NCBI RefSeq assembly: GCF_006345805.1
Contig: NC_043007.1
Span: 33,046,001-33,110,000 of the forward strand
DNA: 64,000 nucleotides
DNA from: Octopus sinensis
Lineage: Eukaryota
Direction: 5' to 3'
The notes under the pieces were generated by a model. The model ran no database searches. It worked only from the letters and a program-made list of their open reading frames with translations, and was not told where the DNA came from. The position numbers were made by a program, and so were the translations under genes. Below, piece by piece: positions 39,641 through 53,451 of this stretch. Each line of letters opens with the position of its first letter. Positions within the stretch are counted from its first letter, which is position 1.

Positions 39641-39849
39641 TTCAAGGCACACATATATGTGAATATACACATTTACACACACATATCTAGACGTACAGAC
39701 ACACACATATATATACATATACACACACATATATAGGCATACATATACATACATATACATGTGTATTTATATACTTACGTATGTATATATATAACTATTT
39801 ATATACATCCATATATACACACGTACACAAACATACACAGATGTATTTT

Positions 39850-40125
39850 TTCTTTCATTCTTTTATTTGTTTCGGTAATTTCAATATGGCCATGCTGGAG
39901 CACCGCCTTCTGCCGACGAAATGGAGCCCAGGACTTATTCTTTAAAAGCCTAGGACTTATTCTGTCGGTCATTTTTGCCGAACCGCTAAGTTACGGGAGC
40001 GTAAACACACAGACATTGGTCGGCTCGAGGCTAGTGCAGAAGACATTTGCCCAAAACCCCATGCAGTGGAACTGAACCCGGTACCATGTGGTTGGGAAGC
40101 AAGCTTCTTACTACACAGTCACGCA
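39850..40125 (-). mobile_element. SINE family A, internally deleted
   Basis: Similarity to family A. Confidence 0.8.
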
Positions 40126-40276
40126 TAAATATATATATATATATATATCAGGTCGGCAAAAGAGACCAGTAAAATAAGTACCAGGCTATAAGGGAATATA
40201 TAACAATCATTTCGAGCAGAGAGAATCGAGAAGCCGTGACTAAGTGGCTTATAATCACAGCACAAAATCCCCTTAA

Positions 40277-40660
40277 CTCTTTTACTCTTTTACTCTTTTA
40301 CTCTTTAACTTGTTTCACTCATTTGACTGCGGCCATGCTGTCGCACCACCTTTAGTACTTATTCTATCGGTCTCTTTTTGCCGAACCGCTAAGTGACGGG
40401 GACGTAAACGCACCTGCATCGGTTGTCAAGCAATGCTAGGGGGACAAACACAGACACACAAACACACACACATATACATATATATATACATATATACGAC
40501 AGGCTTCTTTCAGTTTCCGTCTACCAAATCCACTCACAAGGCATTGGTCGGCCCGGGGCTATAGCAGAAGACACTTGCCCAAGATGCCACGCAGTGGGAC
40601 TGAACCCGCAACCGTGTGGTTGGTTAGCAAGCTACTTACCACACAGCCACTCCTGCGCCT
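40277..40660 (-). mobile_element. SINE family A
   Basis: (tactctt)n tail; full head. Confidence 0.9.
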
Positions 40661-41302
40661 AACTCTTTAGCATTCCGATTTTTTCTAACAAATCTAATGC
40701 TTTGTCATTCATATTGTTTTGAATTATTCATGCATTATCTTGTAGCTTGGAGATTTCAGTGATATGACTGTTTTTTTAGAGTGACTTTATGTTTGAGACG
40801 CCAAATCTGACCATTTTGAATATAAAACAGGTAGAATATTTGGGCCAAAATAAGGTTTGAACATGAAAGGGTTAAACGCAGAAAATAGAGCTAATATGCG
40901 AACAAAAACAAACGAATAAAAAATATAACACTAAACTCTAGAGTACCTAATCTACGGTTGTAACATTCTCAATTGGGTGTTAAATGAATCAACAAGATTA
41001 GACAAGAAGGCAAAAAATACAACAAAAATAGCTGCCATTGAAACGCACCATCCCAAAATTTAGCATAGAATATCTATATTTACTATGAATGCGGTGAAAT
41101 GGTTGCTTTATACAAGTTAAAGTACTTGAACAAAATATCAATTGTGGGAATTCTCAAAACAAATTGTTATTAACAGTAATGGTAAATAATTAAATAAAGG
41201 TTGAACCATATGGGATGACTCAATATAGACTAATACATTTAGCAGAGAGAAACCGCGCGGAAACTACTTGTGTGTGTATACACACACAGACACACACACA
41301 CG

Positions 41303-41367
<65 letters not shown>

Positions 41368-41370
<3 letters not shown>

Positions 41371-41770
41371 GAAAGAATGGAGTTGAACGACGAATTAACA
41401 AAATTCCTTTATTTTCGACATATGTTTCAAAGGCTGCATATTCCTAATTTCGAAGGAATAAGGAGTGCATTATGCCGCCTTCTCATCAGGAAAAACAAGG
41501 AACTTATGTCAGCATCAAGATGAACAAAAACTTTTAGATGACTGCCAACACGGAGCCCATAGCGAGAATAAAGGAATTTTGTTAATTCGTCGTTCAACTC
41601 CATTCTTTCATTTATTTGTATTAAAAAAACACACAAATTTCCACACGAAAGCACATGATCTCTGCCCTTGGCATGTAGCTTCAACCGTGTTTTTCTGGCG
41701 TGAGTTTGCTACCCAGGTATCGGTTAACCGAATTATCCATAATAAGACAATTCATTCAACTACTCAAATA
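41368..41770. mobile_element. HHR element with inverted segment in (TA)n
   Basis: 41368-41416 is the reverse complement of 41564-41612. Confidence 0.82.
41412..41494 (-). ncRNA. Type I hammerhead ribozyme
   Basis: ttttc-CTGATGA-gaaggc..gccttt-GAAA-catatg-TC-gaaaa. Confidence 0.8.
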
Positions 41771-41847
<77 letters not shown>

Positions 41848-41887
41848 TAGCAAAGATTTTTTATGTGAAATCGTGTGTGTGAAACAG

Positions 41888-42150
41888 ATATTGTTGTATT
41901 TAGGAATGGTCATTTTGCCAGTTTAGCCAATATAAACACACGCACTATATTTGGTGTTACTTTGCTTCAGCGTTATTTATTTTTTACATTAATCTTTTTT
42001 CGGCCAGGAGTATGACGAAAGAACTCTGGCCGAAATAAGATTAAGATTAATGTAAAAAATAAATAACGCTGAAGCAAAGTAACACCAAATATGTAGTGCG
42101 TGTTTTATTGGCTAAACTGGGAAAATGACCATTCCTAAAAACAACAATAT
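41888..42150. repeat. ~125-bp-arm foldback in (TA)n
   Basis: atattgttg..tcggccag / ctggccga..caacaatat. Confidence 0.88.
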
Positions 42151-42188
42151 GTGTGTATATATATATATATATGCATGTGTGTGTGTAC

Positions 42189-42344
42189 ATATAAGAGGCA
42201 TGGCCACTAAGTGGACATCCATTATGCTAGAAGTCGCCCCCCTATGGTCTTACCACTAAGAAAGGAATGTTCTCAAGTGGTAAGACCATAGGGGGTCGAT
42301 TTCTAGCATAATGGAATTCCACTTAGTGGTCATCCCTCCTATAT
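42189..42344. repeat. ~75-bp-arm foldback
   Basis: ccactaagtgga..tggtcttaccact / agtggtaagacca..tccacttagtgg. Confidence 0.88.
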
Positions 42345-42476
42345 GTATGTAATATAATTTTTGTGAATCTTCAGATTTCTCAATTTGCTAGACCACTGGT
42401 TTTAAACTGATATTAATCAAATTAATATTCAATTTTTCACCCTTATTATCTTAAATTTAGATATATTATATATACA

Positions 42477-42542
<66 letters not shown>

Positions 42543-42548
<6 letters not shown>

Positions 42549-42733
42549 GGGTTAAGCAACAAGTTACTTCACCACATACCATATGTGGTGAAGAAGCTTG
42601 TTGCTAAACCCTTAATTATATTTAATTATATAAAAAATTTTTATGTAAAAGTTTCTACCGATAATGGTCCTCTTTCCATACCGAAGCTACTTGGTAAAAT
42701 TTGTTAATTATCAAATGAATAATTCTTTACCCT
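42543..42733. mobile_element. Truncated snap-back relative of the 580-bp array family
   Basis: aattaagggttaagcaac.. / gttgctaaacccttaatt and ccgaagctacttggt..accct match the array unit. Confidence 0.7.
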
Positions 42734-43400
42734 ATATATATATGAATATATATATACGGTAAGCACGATCAAGGTTTCCAAGTGTAAGAATTAAGTAAGC
42801 CTCGGGCATGTGTGCAGCTTTCCATTCCTATACCCTTCGGGATAAATATATTTATATATATATATATATATACATATGTGTGTGTGCGTGTGCGTGTGTA
42901 TGTATGTATGTATGTATAGCCAAAATACTATTGAGAAAAATCACATATCTAGTTGTAGAATTCACTGTATAAACGCGATAGTTGTTTCTATTTAGATGTA
43001 GAAAATATCATTGAAATTAGCACTCCCGAAAAATACATGTTAACACAACGTTTCCAAGGTGATCCGAAATTATTTAAATTCAAAGTGTTCGCTATATCTA
43101 AATATGTTCATACGACACAAACAATTACCGGCTTTGTAAGGTGAATTCTACAATTAAAGATGCTATTTTTCATTATACGTATTTTTCTTGTCTAATACTC
43201 TGAATTTGTGGAAATACTTCCAAATGATATTTGGACCTACTTGTCATACATGAGGAATTAAAGAGGAATTACCTTGGATGTGTATTCTACTTGCATTTAC
43301 TGGTGTCTGATTGTTGGATGTAGTTAAGCAGTGTTTTATTGATATCTGCCTGGATTTTTTAATCCCCTTTCTTTCTACTTACACACACACACACAAACAT

Positions 43401-43432
<32 letters not shown>

Positions 43433-43439
43433 GTATCTA

Positions 43440-43695
43440 TATATAATAGAAGGAAAATACTCGAACGCCAGACCGTACAAAACCAGAAAAATAAAGAGAG
43501 AGAAAAACAAACTCCTCCATTGATTCTTATATATATTTTCATTAACAACTTCCTGATTAATGAAGGAATGAGTCGTCAGATATTGACCAAGAAGTTATTA
43601 ATTAAAATATATATAAGAATCTCCGATGTATCTGCTTTTTATGTATATATGTTTTTCTGATTTTGAATGGCCTGGCGTTCGGGTAATTTCCTTCT

Positions 43696-43701
<6 letters not shown>
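43440..43701. repeat. Imperfect foldback in (TA)n (a weaker one at ~42920-43200)
   Basis: tagaaggaaaatactcgaacgccagacc / ggcctggcgttcgggtaatttccttcta. Confidence 0.8.
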
Positions 43702-43740
<39 letters not shown>

Positions 43741-43747
43741 TATATAT

Positions 43748-44020
43748 AAGAAACAAGGATATCCAGAGGTAATGCAGTACGATCGTTTCACGCAACTCCA
43801 TTTAATTGAACAATGCAACCATTACAGCAATTTAAATGCAGAGCACTCTTCAGCTGTACAAAGACATAGATTTAAGCAAATTAAAACAGATGGACACATT
43901 AGTATAATTTTAACTAAAATCTCCAAGACGTAAAGGGGATAGACAAAGAACATGCTGCTTTCACTTCTAAGTAGAAGTGAAGGCATCATGTTCTTTGTCT
44001 ATCTCCTTAACTTCTTGGAG

Positions 44021-44022
<2 letters not shown>
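43748..44022 (-). mobile_element. HHR element (family shared with 54.0 kb) with terminal snap-back; HHR at 43772-43859
   Basis: gtacag-CTGAAGA..GAAA-cgatcg-TA-ctgcat on the minus strand. Confidence 0.78.
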
Positions 44023-44066
<44 letters not shown>

Positions 44067-44071
<5 letters not shown>

Positions 44072-44712
44072 CTTTCGTGTTTTAAACATATATATACACC
44101 TCTTTCGTGTATAAATACTTAATGCTTTGTACACTATTATATATGAAGATATGTTGTTTATTGACTTTATTACGTATGCTAGCCACCGGTATAAATACTT
44201 TTCTGAACTTTCTACCCTTATTATTTTCACTGTAAAATTTTCGTAATTTCAAAACCTTTGTGGTACGCAGTTTTAATATATTATTATTTGCTGCCGAATA
44301 TAACTGCGCTTCCACGGTGGATTTGAAATTATAATGCATAGGTATTCAGCATGCAAGTGCTTTCGATACGTATTAACCGTATAATTATATATTAATTTTC
44401 GCGACCTCACTGATTAAGTACAGATCACAAATTTATCTATTTGCTCATTAATATAGAAACCCGAGTTTGAGGTTAACTATAAAAATATTTTTTATTTTCA
44501 TTCCTTTGAAATTGCTTTTATTCATGCTTTGGATTTTGACTGCCGTTTCTAGCATGTGAAGTGTCCTGTCAAATGTCACCTCTTTCATATATAAATACTT
44601 AATGGTTTGTACACTATTATATATGGAAATATGTTTTCTATTGACTATATTACGCATGCTAGCCACCGGTAGGATCACTTTTCTAAATTTTGTACCCTCA
44701 TTATTTTCACAA
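44067..44712 (+). mobile_element. 1.3-unit tandem element (480-bp period) with G8U hammerhead at 44404-44473
   Basis: 44097-44230 repeats at 44577-44710; acctca-CTGATTA..GAAA-cccgag-TT-tgaggt. Confidence 0.72.
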
Positions 44713-44726
44713 TATATATATACATA

Positions 44727-44764
<38 letters not shown>

Positions 44765-45274
44765 GAGAGAGAGAGAGAGAGAGAGAGTGAGTGAGTAAGA
44801 GAGATACATATACATGTATATACATGTATATACTTATATATATATATTTATATGTATGTATGTATGTATGTACGTGTGTATATGTGTGTGTGTGTGTGTA
44901 TACATATGTATAAAATCTGTCAATAAAAGAGATACTAGAGTCAATCAAGTATCGTTTTCGTTCGTTTGTTGACAGATTTGAATTGGCGCATGACAAGCAG
45001 TGTTTGTTGCTTTCGTAATGGCGTTGCATAGCACTTGCCATACTCCTGTTACCGGAATTTTCTGTCTAATCCCCATATGGGACGAACAGGTATTTGATCC
45101 ATTGATTAATTTTTTTAATGTGACATCTGTATTACCTATACAAGCCGTATTATTTGCTAGACAAGCCAACTGCGTTTTACCATGATCCCTCGATTGATCC
45201 TATTACATCATTTTTATGTACGTATGTACACACACACACACATACACACACGCACACACACACAAATACATGCT

Positions 45275-45589
45275 GAGACCCCCTTCGGTCATGACTGACC
45301 GTGAGATTGCACCTAGGAAGTTACCCTCCCAGGCCCTAGTCCGGACAAGGTTGTTTTATGGAAGACCAGCAGTTGCCCATGCATACCGGCCTCCCCTCTC
45401 CACGCCACCAGTGTTATCCAAGGGAAAGGCCGATACAACTTGGCAACTCATTTCTACAGATGAATGAGCTGGAGCAATGTGAAATAAAGTGTCTTGCTCA
45501 AGAACAAAACACGCAGCCCGGTCCGGGATTTGAACTCACAACCTCACGATCGTAAGCGCGACGCTCTAACCACTGAGCCATGCGCCTTC
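45275..45589 (-). mobile_element. SINE family C with TSD
   Basis: TSD aatacatgc at 45265-45273 and 45590-45598. Confidence 0.9.
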
Positions 45590-45619
45590 AATACATGCCT
45601 ACGACCACGCTTCAGTTCC

Positions 45620-46012
45620 GCCTGAAAGGATTTTAGTCGAAACAATAGACCCCAGGACTTATTCTTAGTAAGCTTAGTACTTAGTCTATCGGTCTCTTAG
45701 CCGAACTGCCAAGTTTCAGGGACACAAACACACTAACATCGGTTGTTTAGCGATGGTGGGGGTAATAAACACAGATACAAAGACACACACACATAAATAT
45801 ATATATATATATATATATATGATAGATCGTTAACCATTAACCCTTTTACTCTTTTCTCTCCCTGTATATTGCTGTGTTCCTTTCTGTCGAAGAGCGCAGG
45901 CTCGAAACGTAAAATACTTTCTCACTTCCCGAGCGTTAAACTAATACATATCTTTGTTGTTTACACACCCGTCTTCGTCTTTGTCTTGATTTTTTTTTGT
46001 AAATTCTTACTA

Positions 46013-46062
<50 letters not shown>

Positions 46063-46196
46063 GACGAGATTCTTTTAGTTTCCGTCTACCAAATCCACTC
46101 ACAAGACGTTGGTCGGCCCAAGACTATGGTAGAAGACACTCACCCAAGCTGCCACGCAGTGAGAATGAACCCAGAATCATGTGGTTGGGAAGCAAA
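45620..46196 (-). mobile_element. SINE family A split at its internal (TA)n
   Basis: Tail half 45620-45800; head half 46061-46196. Confidence 0.8.
45821..46012 (+). mobile_element. A6U-hammerhead element nested in SINE (TA)n; motif 45880-45915
   Basis: cttt-CTGTCGA-a-gagc-gcag-gctc-GAAAC-GTA-aaa. Confidence 0.7.
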
Positions 46197-46225
46197 GTAC
46201 ACACACATACACACACACGCACACA

Positions 46226-46287
<62 letters not shown>

Positions 46288-47191
46288 GAAACCGATTTTT
46301 TAAAACGAATTGGAGATAATTTCTTCTTACAATCCATTAAAATGCCACACTGGTTTCTATATTTTTAATTTTTATTCTTAGTTTTCAATGGTAATTATAA
46401 AATAAATAATATTAAAAAAAACATGATAGAATATTAAAAGTAAGCGAATGCATATGAGAAAGTTCAACAGCAAAAAAAAACAAAAGAAAAAAAGAACATG
46501 GTGAAAGAAACTCGAATGTTCAATCAGTTTTATACAAAATTACTTGAGGAAAATTCAAGTATTTAATAAGTTTCACAGCAATGAGAAATAGTGAAAGTTC
46601 AAATGCTCAACAAATTAAATAGCAATAACACAAGGTAGACATTTGAAAGTTCAGTAGTTTTCAATGCAATAAGATGTTGGCAATTAGACATGATAAAGAT
46701 TTTAAAGAATGAGAAAAACAAAAAATTCACAAGTTCTCTCATGTTGTAGGGAGAATAATTCTTCATTTGTTTTACTCGTAGAAACTTAACTGTTTCAAAA
46801 CAACATTGCTTTGCATGTGTAAGATTTACGCCGCCGGTTCAAACCCTGTTGGGTAATTGCTAAAAGACGTCACTTGTTTTTACCTAGCGTTCGTTAGCAG
46901 TCTGAGCACATTTGTATGCCATATGTTTCGTCAATTATTTCTGTTCGGCTGTACTACAGCGTTCTGGTTGGGTAACTGTCAAGTGACGTCATTTAGTTAT
47001 CGACTGTTCTGGTCACTTGTTTTTGTCCGGTGTTCAGGTTGGTCGGTTATTATTTTTTTTTCGTTTTATTTTGAGAGACGTCATTTATTTCTCAAACGTC
47101 TTGGTCCCACTTTTCTGTCAGACAGTCATCCAACGTTCCGGTTGACAGACTCCTTTATGATGTCACTTTTTTCTTGATTGTACAGTTAGCT

Positions 47192-47412
47192 ACAAAGCGG
47201 CGAGCTGGCAGAAACGTTAGCACACCGGGCGAAATGCGTAGCCGTAACGTTCTGAGTTCAAATTCCGGCGAGGTCGACTTTGCCTTTCATCCTTTCTGGG
47301 TCGATAAATTAAGTACCAGTTTCGCACTGATGTCGACGTAATCGACTTAATCCGTTTGTCTATCCTTGTTTGTCCTCTCTGTGTTTAGCCCCTTGTGGGT
47401 AATAAAGAAACA
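47192..47412 (+). mobile_element. SINE family B with 16-bp TSD
   Basis: TSD gattgtacagttagct at 47176-47191 and 47413-47428. Confidence 0.92.
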
Positions 47413-47697
47413 GATTGTACAGTTAGCTGAATGTTGAATACCACCATTTCCCTTTTCTTATCCTCCGTGAGGGTCCGGTTTTAACAAGACAAAACTCAAT
47501 TGGTCAATCCTAGAGTGACGTCAGTAAATAGGGTCGACAAAATACAATGGGTAATTACATAGTGGTTTGAAGTTACGGTTTCGAATCCAAAAAAATTCCC
47601 GTTACCTCACATTTAGTTTACCACTATTATCTATTTGATTTCAACTTGTTTTTATTTGAGACGAATAAACTGCTTTCTTAATATATTGTGCTATTAT

Positions 47698-47910
47698 GCG
47701 GCGACGAACTGGCAGAATCGTTAGCACACCGGGCAAAATGCTTAGCAACATTTTGTTTGTCTGCACGTTCTGGGTTCAAATTCCGCCGAGGTCGACTTTG
47801 CTTTTCATATTTTCGGGATCGATAAATTAAGTACCAGTTAAACACTGGAGTAGCTGTAATCGTCTAGCACCATCACCCAAAATTCTTGGCCTTGTGCCAA
47901 AATTTGAAAC
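47698..47910 (+). mobile_element. SINE family B
   Basis: Match to family B. Confidence 0.82.
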
Positions 47911-48503
47911 AAGTGTATTGTGTTATTATAAAGTATTTGGTTTTCGTTTATATTTCTCAACGCATTTTCATTATCGATTCGAAATTGGATTAATATAAAT
48001 AGAAAATTTGGAATTTAGGATAATTGCTTGCTGAATAAAGTACCAGATGTTTACTCACGAGCATTATTCTCGTCCTGGGTTCTTGTATCAGTTGACGCTG
48101 ACACATGCTATCGAAGGCAAAGGGAGGAATCAGATGGAGACAAAATCAAACTGCTTAAGTGACAGCAGCGGTTGATTTGCAATCGATTAAAACTGACCCC
48201 AGCATTAGATACGTACTGATAGTCACACACACGCACATACACACACATATGCACACATACACACACATGCACACATACGCACACACAAAAATACATACAT
48301 ATATGCATAGATACATGTAATATATATATCTACATCTATTTATGTATCTGTCTATTTATTTATCGTCATTATCATCATTTAACATCCGCTTTCCATACTC
48401 GCTTGTGTTAGACGGTTTGGACGGAACTAATAAACTGGAGGACTACACAATGTTCCAATGGGATTCGATACAGTTTCTGCAGCTTGATGCCCTTCCTAAC
48501 GCC

Positions 48504-48537
<34 letters not shown>

Positions 48538-48661
48538 GTGTATGTATATATGTATGGATGGATGGATGGATGGATGGATGTATATATTCTTTTATTCATT
48601 TACTTGTTTCAGTCGTTTGACTGCGGCCATGCTGGAGCACCATACATATACGTGTATACAT

Positions 48662-48693
<32 letters not shown>

Positions 48694-49673
48694 ATATATA
48701 TATATATATATATCTAGCAATACTCACACACACAGACACACACACACACACACACACACGCACGCACAAACTGTACTGTGTACAAATTTACACCAGCAGA
48801 CGCAAGCACATACACATGTACAAAATCACCCACATACACAGGCACTCAGTGCGTGAGAGAGAGAGAGAGGCAGAAGAGAGAAAGAAAGATTGAGAGAGAG
48901 AGGCACACATCTCAATCAGATCCGTCACTTTTTATGTTTTTATATTATTATAAATATTTCATTTATTTTATTTTATTTTTGCTATTCTCTATGGTTTTAT
49001 CGATCACTTGATTGATTATGCAATTTCAGCAGTTTGATTACGTGATTAACGTCGATAGCTGGCAATCTTTTATCATCAGTGCGGATGCCATATTGGCTAA
49101 CACCGAAGTTAAATTTGATTTTATAATCACACAGCTAGCTTCATTAGTCGAGATGGGAAAATGCTTTATCGAAAGCATTTCCCATCGTCAATTTCGGTGA
49201 ATTATTCCTAAAAGCTTATCATCTTGCCAATATCTGCTCTCGTTTGAAACGAACAGGTCATTCTCATCACTAAGAATGAACATGACCTTTATAATGAAAT
49301 AATGAAAAATCACAAATTCTAATTTCTCATGCGTGTTATTTGCGGCGAAGGAAAGAAAAATGGCGCACAAATATATGTAAGTATATGCATGCATGTACGT
49401 ACGTATGCAAGTATGTATGTGTTTCTGCGTGTGTATGCGTGTATATATGAATGTATGCATTTACATGTGTACATGAATATGAAAATGTGCGTGTGAGCTT
49501 ATTAAAATGAATATTCTGTGGGCGAAGTCATTACGTTCATTTTCCTTTGGATGGATTGGCCACGCCACCTACTTATATATACACACACGCGCGCTCACAA
49601 ACACATACACGCACACACACACGTATGTTTATACCTACGTACATTAAAGCACACATGCAAACATTTGGATGTG

Positions 49674-49704
<31 letters not shown>

Positions 49705-49716
49705 GCATAGATGTGC

Positions 49717-49765
<49 letters not shown>

Positions 49766-49939
49766 GTATATATATATATATAATATACTATCTTATCTAA
49801 CCATATCAACTCTCTAACCCAATGTCTATCTCTACAATATATATATATATATATTATCGGTATATATATATAAATATGAATATATATATATGAGTACTAC
49901 GTACTATTACATAGTATATATATATATATTATATATATA

Positions 49940-49976
<37 letters not shown>

Positions 49977-50464
49977 GATATATATATATGTATATGTATA
50001 TGTTATGTTATATATTAAGTATGTATGTAGTGTATATATTATATATATATATTATATATATATATACAATATATATATGTGCGTGTGTATGTATGTATAT
50101 AGTGCATATGTGTGTTTACGTGTGTATGTGTGTGTGCGTGTTTGTGTGTCTCCGTGTATGCGTAAGTCAATCGGTTTACGTATCCATCCGTGTATGCGCA
50201 TTGATTATCGATGTCACACACACGCACACAAAAGCACGCACACTTATACGCACGCGCATACACACAACGTTAATAAAATACAGTAATTATTGATTCATCA
50301 ATAATACAGCTTCCCCCACCGCCCTGCCCCACCCCTACTCCCCATTACAATGTGACTGGAAACAAAAGAAACGCCTACGGCTGAAGTCCTTTTCATTAGA
50401 GTTCCTGCTGTTTGATGATTGTGGACTTAGGGTCAATATGCGGCGGAACAACAGCAACATCCAA

Positions 50465-50509
50465 TTTATTATTGTCATTATTATTATTATCATTATTATT
50501 ATTATTATC

Positions 50510-50554
<45 letters not shown>

Positions 50555-50565
50555 TATTATTATCA

Positions 50566-50612
<47 letters not shown>

Positions 50613-50639
50613 GTAGTAGTAGTAGTAGTAGTTGTTGTT

Positions 50640-50679
<40 letters not shown>

Positions 50680-51100
50680 GAGGAGGAGGAGGAGGAGGGG
50701 GAGGTGTAACATCATAGTTATTTGCTTAGCTTGACTTTCTACAAAGGCGTTTGATTTGTTATTCTTGCTACTGCTGATGCTGCTGTTGTTGTTGTTGTTG
50801 TTGTTGTGGTGGTGGTGGTGGTGGTGGTGGTGGTGGTGGTGGTTTTACTGGTCTTGGTTCTTGTGGACTAAGCGACGGTGGCGTTATTTGTCGTGGCTGC
50901 GTTGATGGTAACAATATTTGTGGCGGTCTTGGCAGTGGCGTTGGTGGTGGTGCTGTTGGTGGTAGTAGGGGTGGAGTGTTGGTGATGGTGATGATGGTGG
51001 CTTCGGTTCTAGTGTTGTGTTTTGACGGTGATGTTACTGCCGGCGGCATCGTTGACGGGAACAGTATTGGCGGTAGTTATGGTGGTCTTGGTGATGGTCT
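50465..51100. repeat. Compound trinucleotide repeats (ATT/AGT/GTT/GGA, then TGT/GGT)
   Basis: Direct inspection. Confidence 0.92.
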
Positions 51101-51414
51101 TCTCCGTGGGGAAGAGGCTGTGTGTTTAGAGCTGTCGATGATATTTAGCCCCTATAATCAGTGCTGATCAAGCAGATCTATTGACAAATACAATCCATCC
51201 ATGAGCATCCCTTCTCTGTGTTCCCCACATTATCGAATATTTCATTTCTTTTAAGAAAAAAGCGAAGTAATTGTGAGGGAGATTTTGGGTATTAATTATG
51301 TATATATACCCTTATATACATATACCCTTATATACATACATATATATTTACTTACATATACATAGATATAATCTTTTGTTTGTTTCAGTCACTTGACTGA
51401 GGCTATAGACACAA

Positions 51415-51627
51415 ATACATACATACATACATGCATGCATGCATACCTACATACATACATACATACATACATACATACATGCATGCATGCATACATACAT
51501 ACATACATACATACATACATACATACATGCATGCATGCGTACATACATACATGCATGCATGCATACATACATACATACATACATACATACATACATGCAT
51601 ACATACATACATACATACATACATACA

Positions 51628-51657
<30 letters not shown>
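51415..51657. repeat. (CATA)n/(CATG)n microsatellite
   Basis: Direct inspection. Confidence 0.95.
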
Positions 51658-51658
<1 letters not shown>

Positions 51659-52130
51659 GTATACACATTGTTCTTCTTTCGAAAGCATGACCGGCTAAAT
51701 TTGAACTCAGAACGTAAAGCCAGAACACATGTCACTAAGCATTTTTCCGGTACGGTAAGATTTCTAATTTAGGCACCAGGCCAGCAATTTTGGAAAGACA
51801 GGCTTAGTTGACAGTGTCGATTCCAAAATTAGATTGGAGTTCTATTTCATCGACCCCACAGAGAGAAAAAGGTAGCGTTGATGTCGACGGAATTTGAACT
51901 ATGAACGTAAAGGGTCAGAATAAATGCTGCAAGGCTCTAAACATTACTTTCAACGTACTGCACTTACGCACGAACACGTACTCTCTCCATCTCTCTCTCT
52001 CTCATTAGTGTAGCTGGGGGCGATCCACCCCGGGCAACACTTTTACATGGGCACCACTATTGGGTCTGCTGTAGGCAATATATATTTTTTATGGGGTCCG
52101 GGGGTAGCAAACAGAAGGGCGACAACATTT

Positions 52131-52707
52131 CTAGAGCGTGTGCTGCCAAGGTAGGTGGAACTTGTCCACCACGTTCAATCGCTGCTCGTTGATGGTGATG
52201 TTGGACTCAACGTAGGGCTTGGCTGGAGCTGGTTGATACATTACCTCAGTCTTTTTTGTATTGATAGTAAGGCCAAAGTTGTTACAGGCGCCAGAGAACA
52301 AGTCAACGCTGTACTGCATGTTGGACTCAGTGACAGCATTGAGAGCGCAGTCATCGGCGAACAGGAGGTCGTTGACGGTGTCTACTGAAATCTTGGTTTA
52401 CGCTTTGAGCCTCCCGAGGTTGAAGACTGAACCGTCGGACCGGTACTTGATGCCGACGCCTATGTCTGTGTCCCTGAAAGCAACTGTCAGCATGGCTGAG
52501 AACGTAATTGCTGAAGAAGGTGGGAGCAAGGACACATCAGAGATCTCTCCGTTGTCCTGTACCCTTGCCAACATGCCATCGTGTAGTTGCCTTACGATGG
52601 TGATGAATTTTCTGGGGCATCCATACTTCGGCAAGATTCTCCAGAGACCTTCTCTACTAATGGTATCAAAGGCCTTGGTCAGATCGATGTAGGTGGAGTA
52701 GAGATCT
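52131..52707 (-). mobile_element. RTE-clade LINE reverse transcriptase fragment
   Basis: IDLTKAFDTISREGLWRIL, KYRSDGSVFNLGRLKA, DLLFADDCAL, FGLTINTKKTEVM; internal stop, frameshift and deletion. Confidence 0.92.
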
Positions 52708-52732
52708 ATAGATATATACTATATATATATAA

Positions 52733-52774
<42 letters not shown>

Positions 52775-53234
52775 CATACACACATACATTCAGTCATTCA
52801 TTTGTTCATACTTGCATACATACATTTCATATGTGTATGCATCCATACATATATATTGAAGTCAATTATGTTTGGTGCGAGATTGCCAGGAATGGATATG
52901 GCGTTATTCAGAATGAGCGGTCTTGAGGTGAAGAGTCAAAGATTTTCCATTTTTATGCGATATCCGAAACTAAAATATTTACGTTCGTTTACATGAGTTG
53001 AGTTGCAATTAATCAAATGATACACGCGCAGACCCACACGCAATGCATATAAGTTTATATACGCATGCACACATTCTCAGAAACCTATATATATGGTCAT
53101 TCACAAACATAAATGCACACATGTACACCCACACACAGACATAGAATAGAAACACCCAGAGATACGAACACATTTGTATGCTCGACTGCTGTTACTTCGA
53201 AACTATATATACATTAACATAAGGTAAATGTGTA

Positions 53235-53280
<46 letters not shown>

Positions 53281-53420
53281 CATATATACTTGTGTGTGTT
53301 TGTGTGTGTGTGTGCGTGCGCTTATAAATAGCTTTATAGACACATGTGTATGCGTGGTGTATGTATGCATATACATCCATCTATCCATCCATCCATCCAT
53401 CATCCACCTCCATCCATCCA

Positions 53421-53451
<31 letters not shown>

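Noticed and set aside
50412-51167. PolyI/V/G and polyP/Q ORFs
   Set aside because: Compound trinucleotide repeats without coding context.
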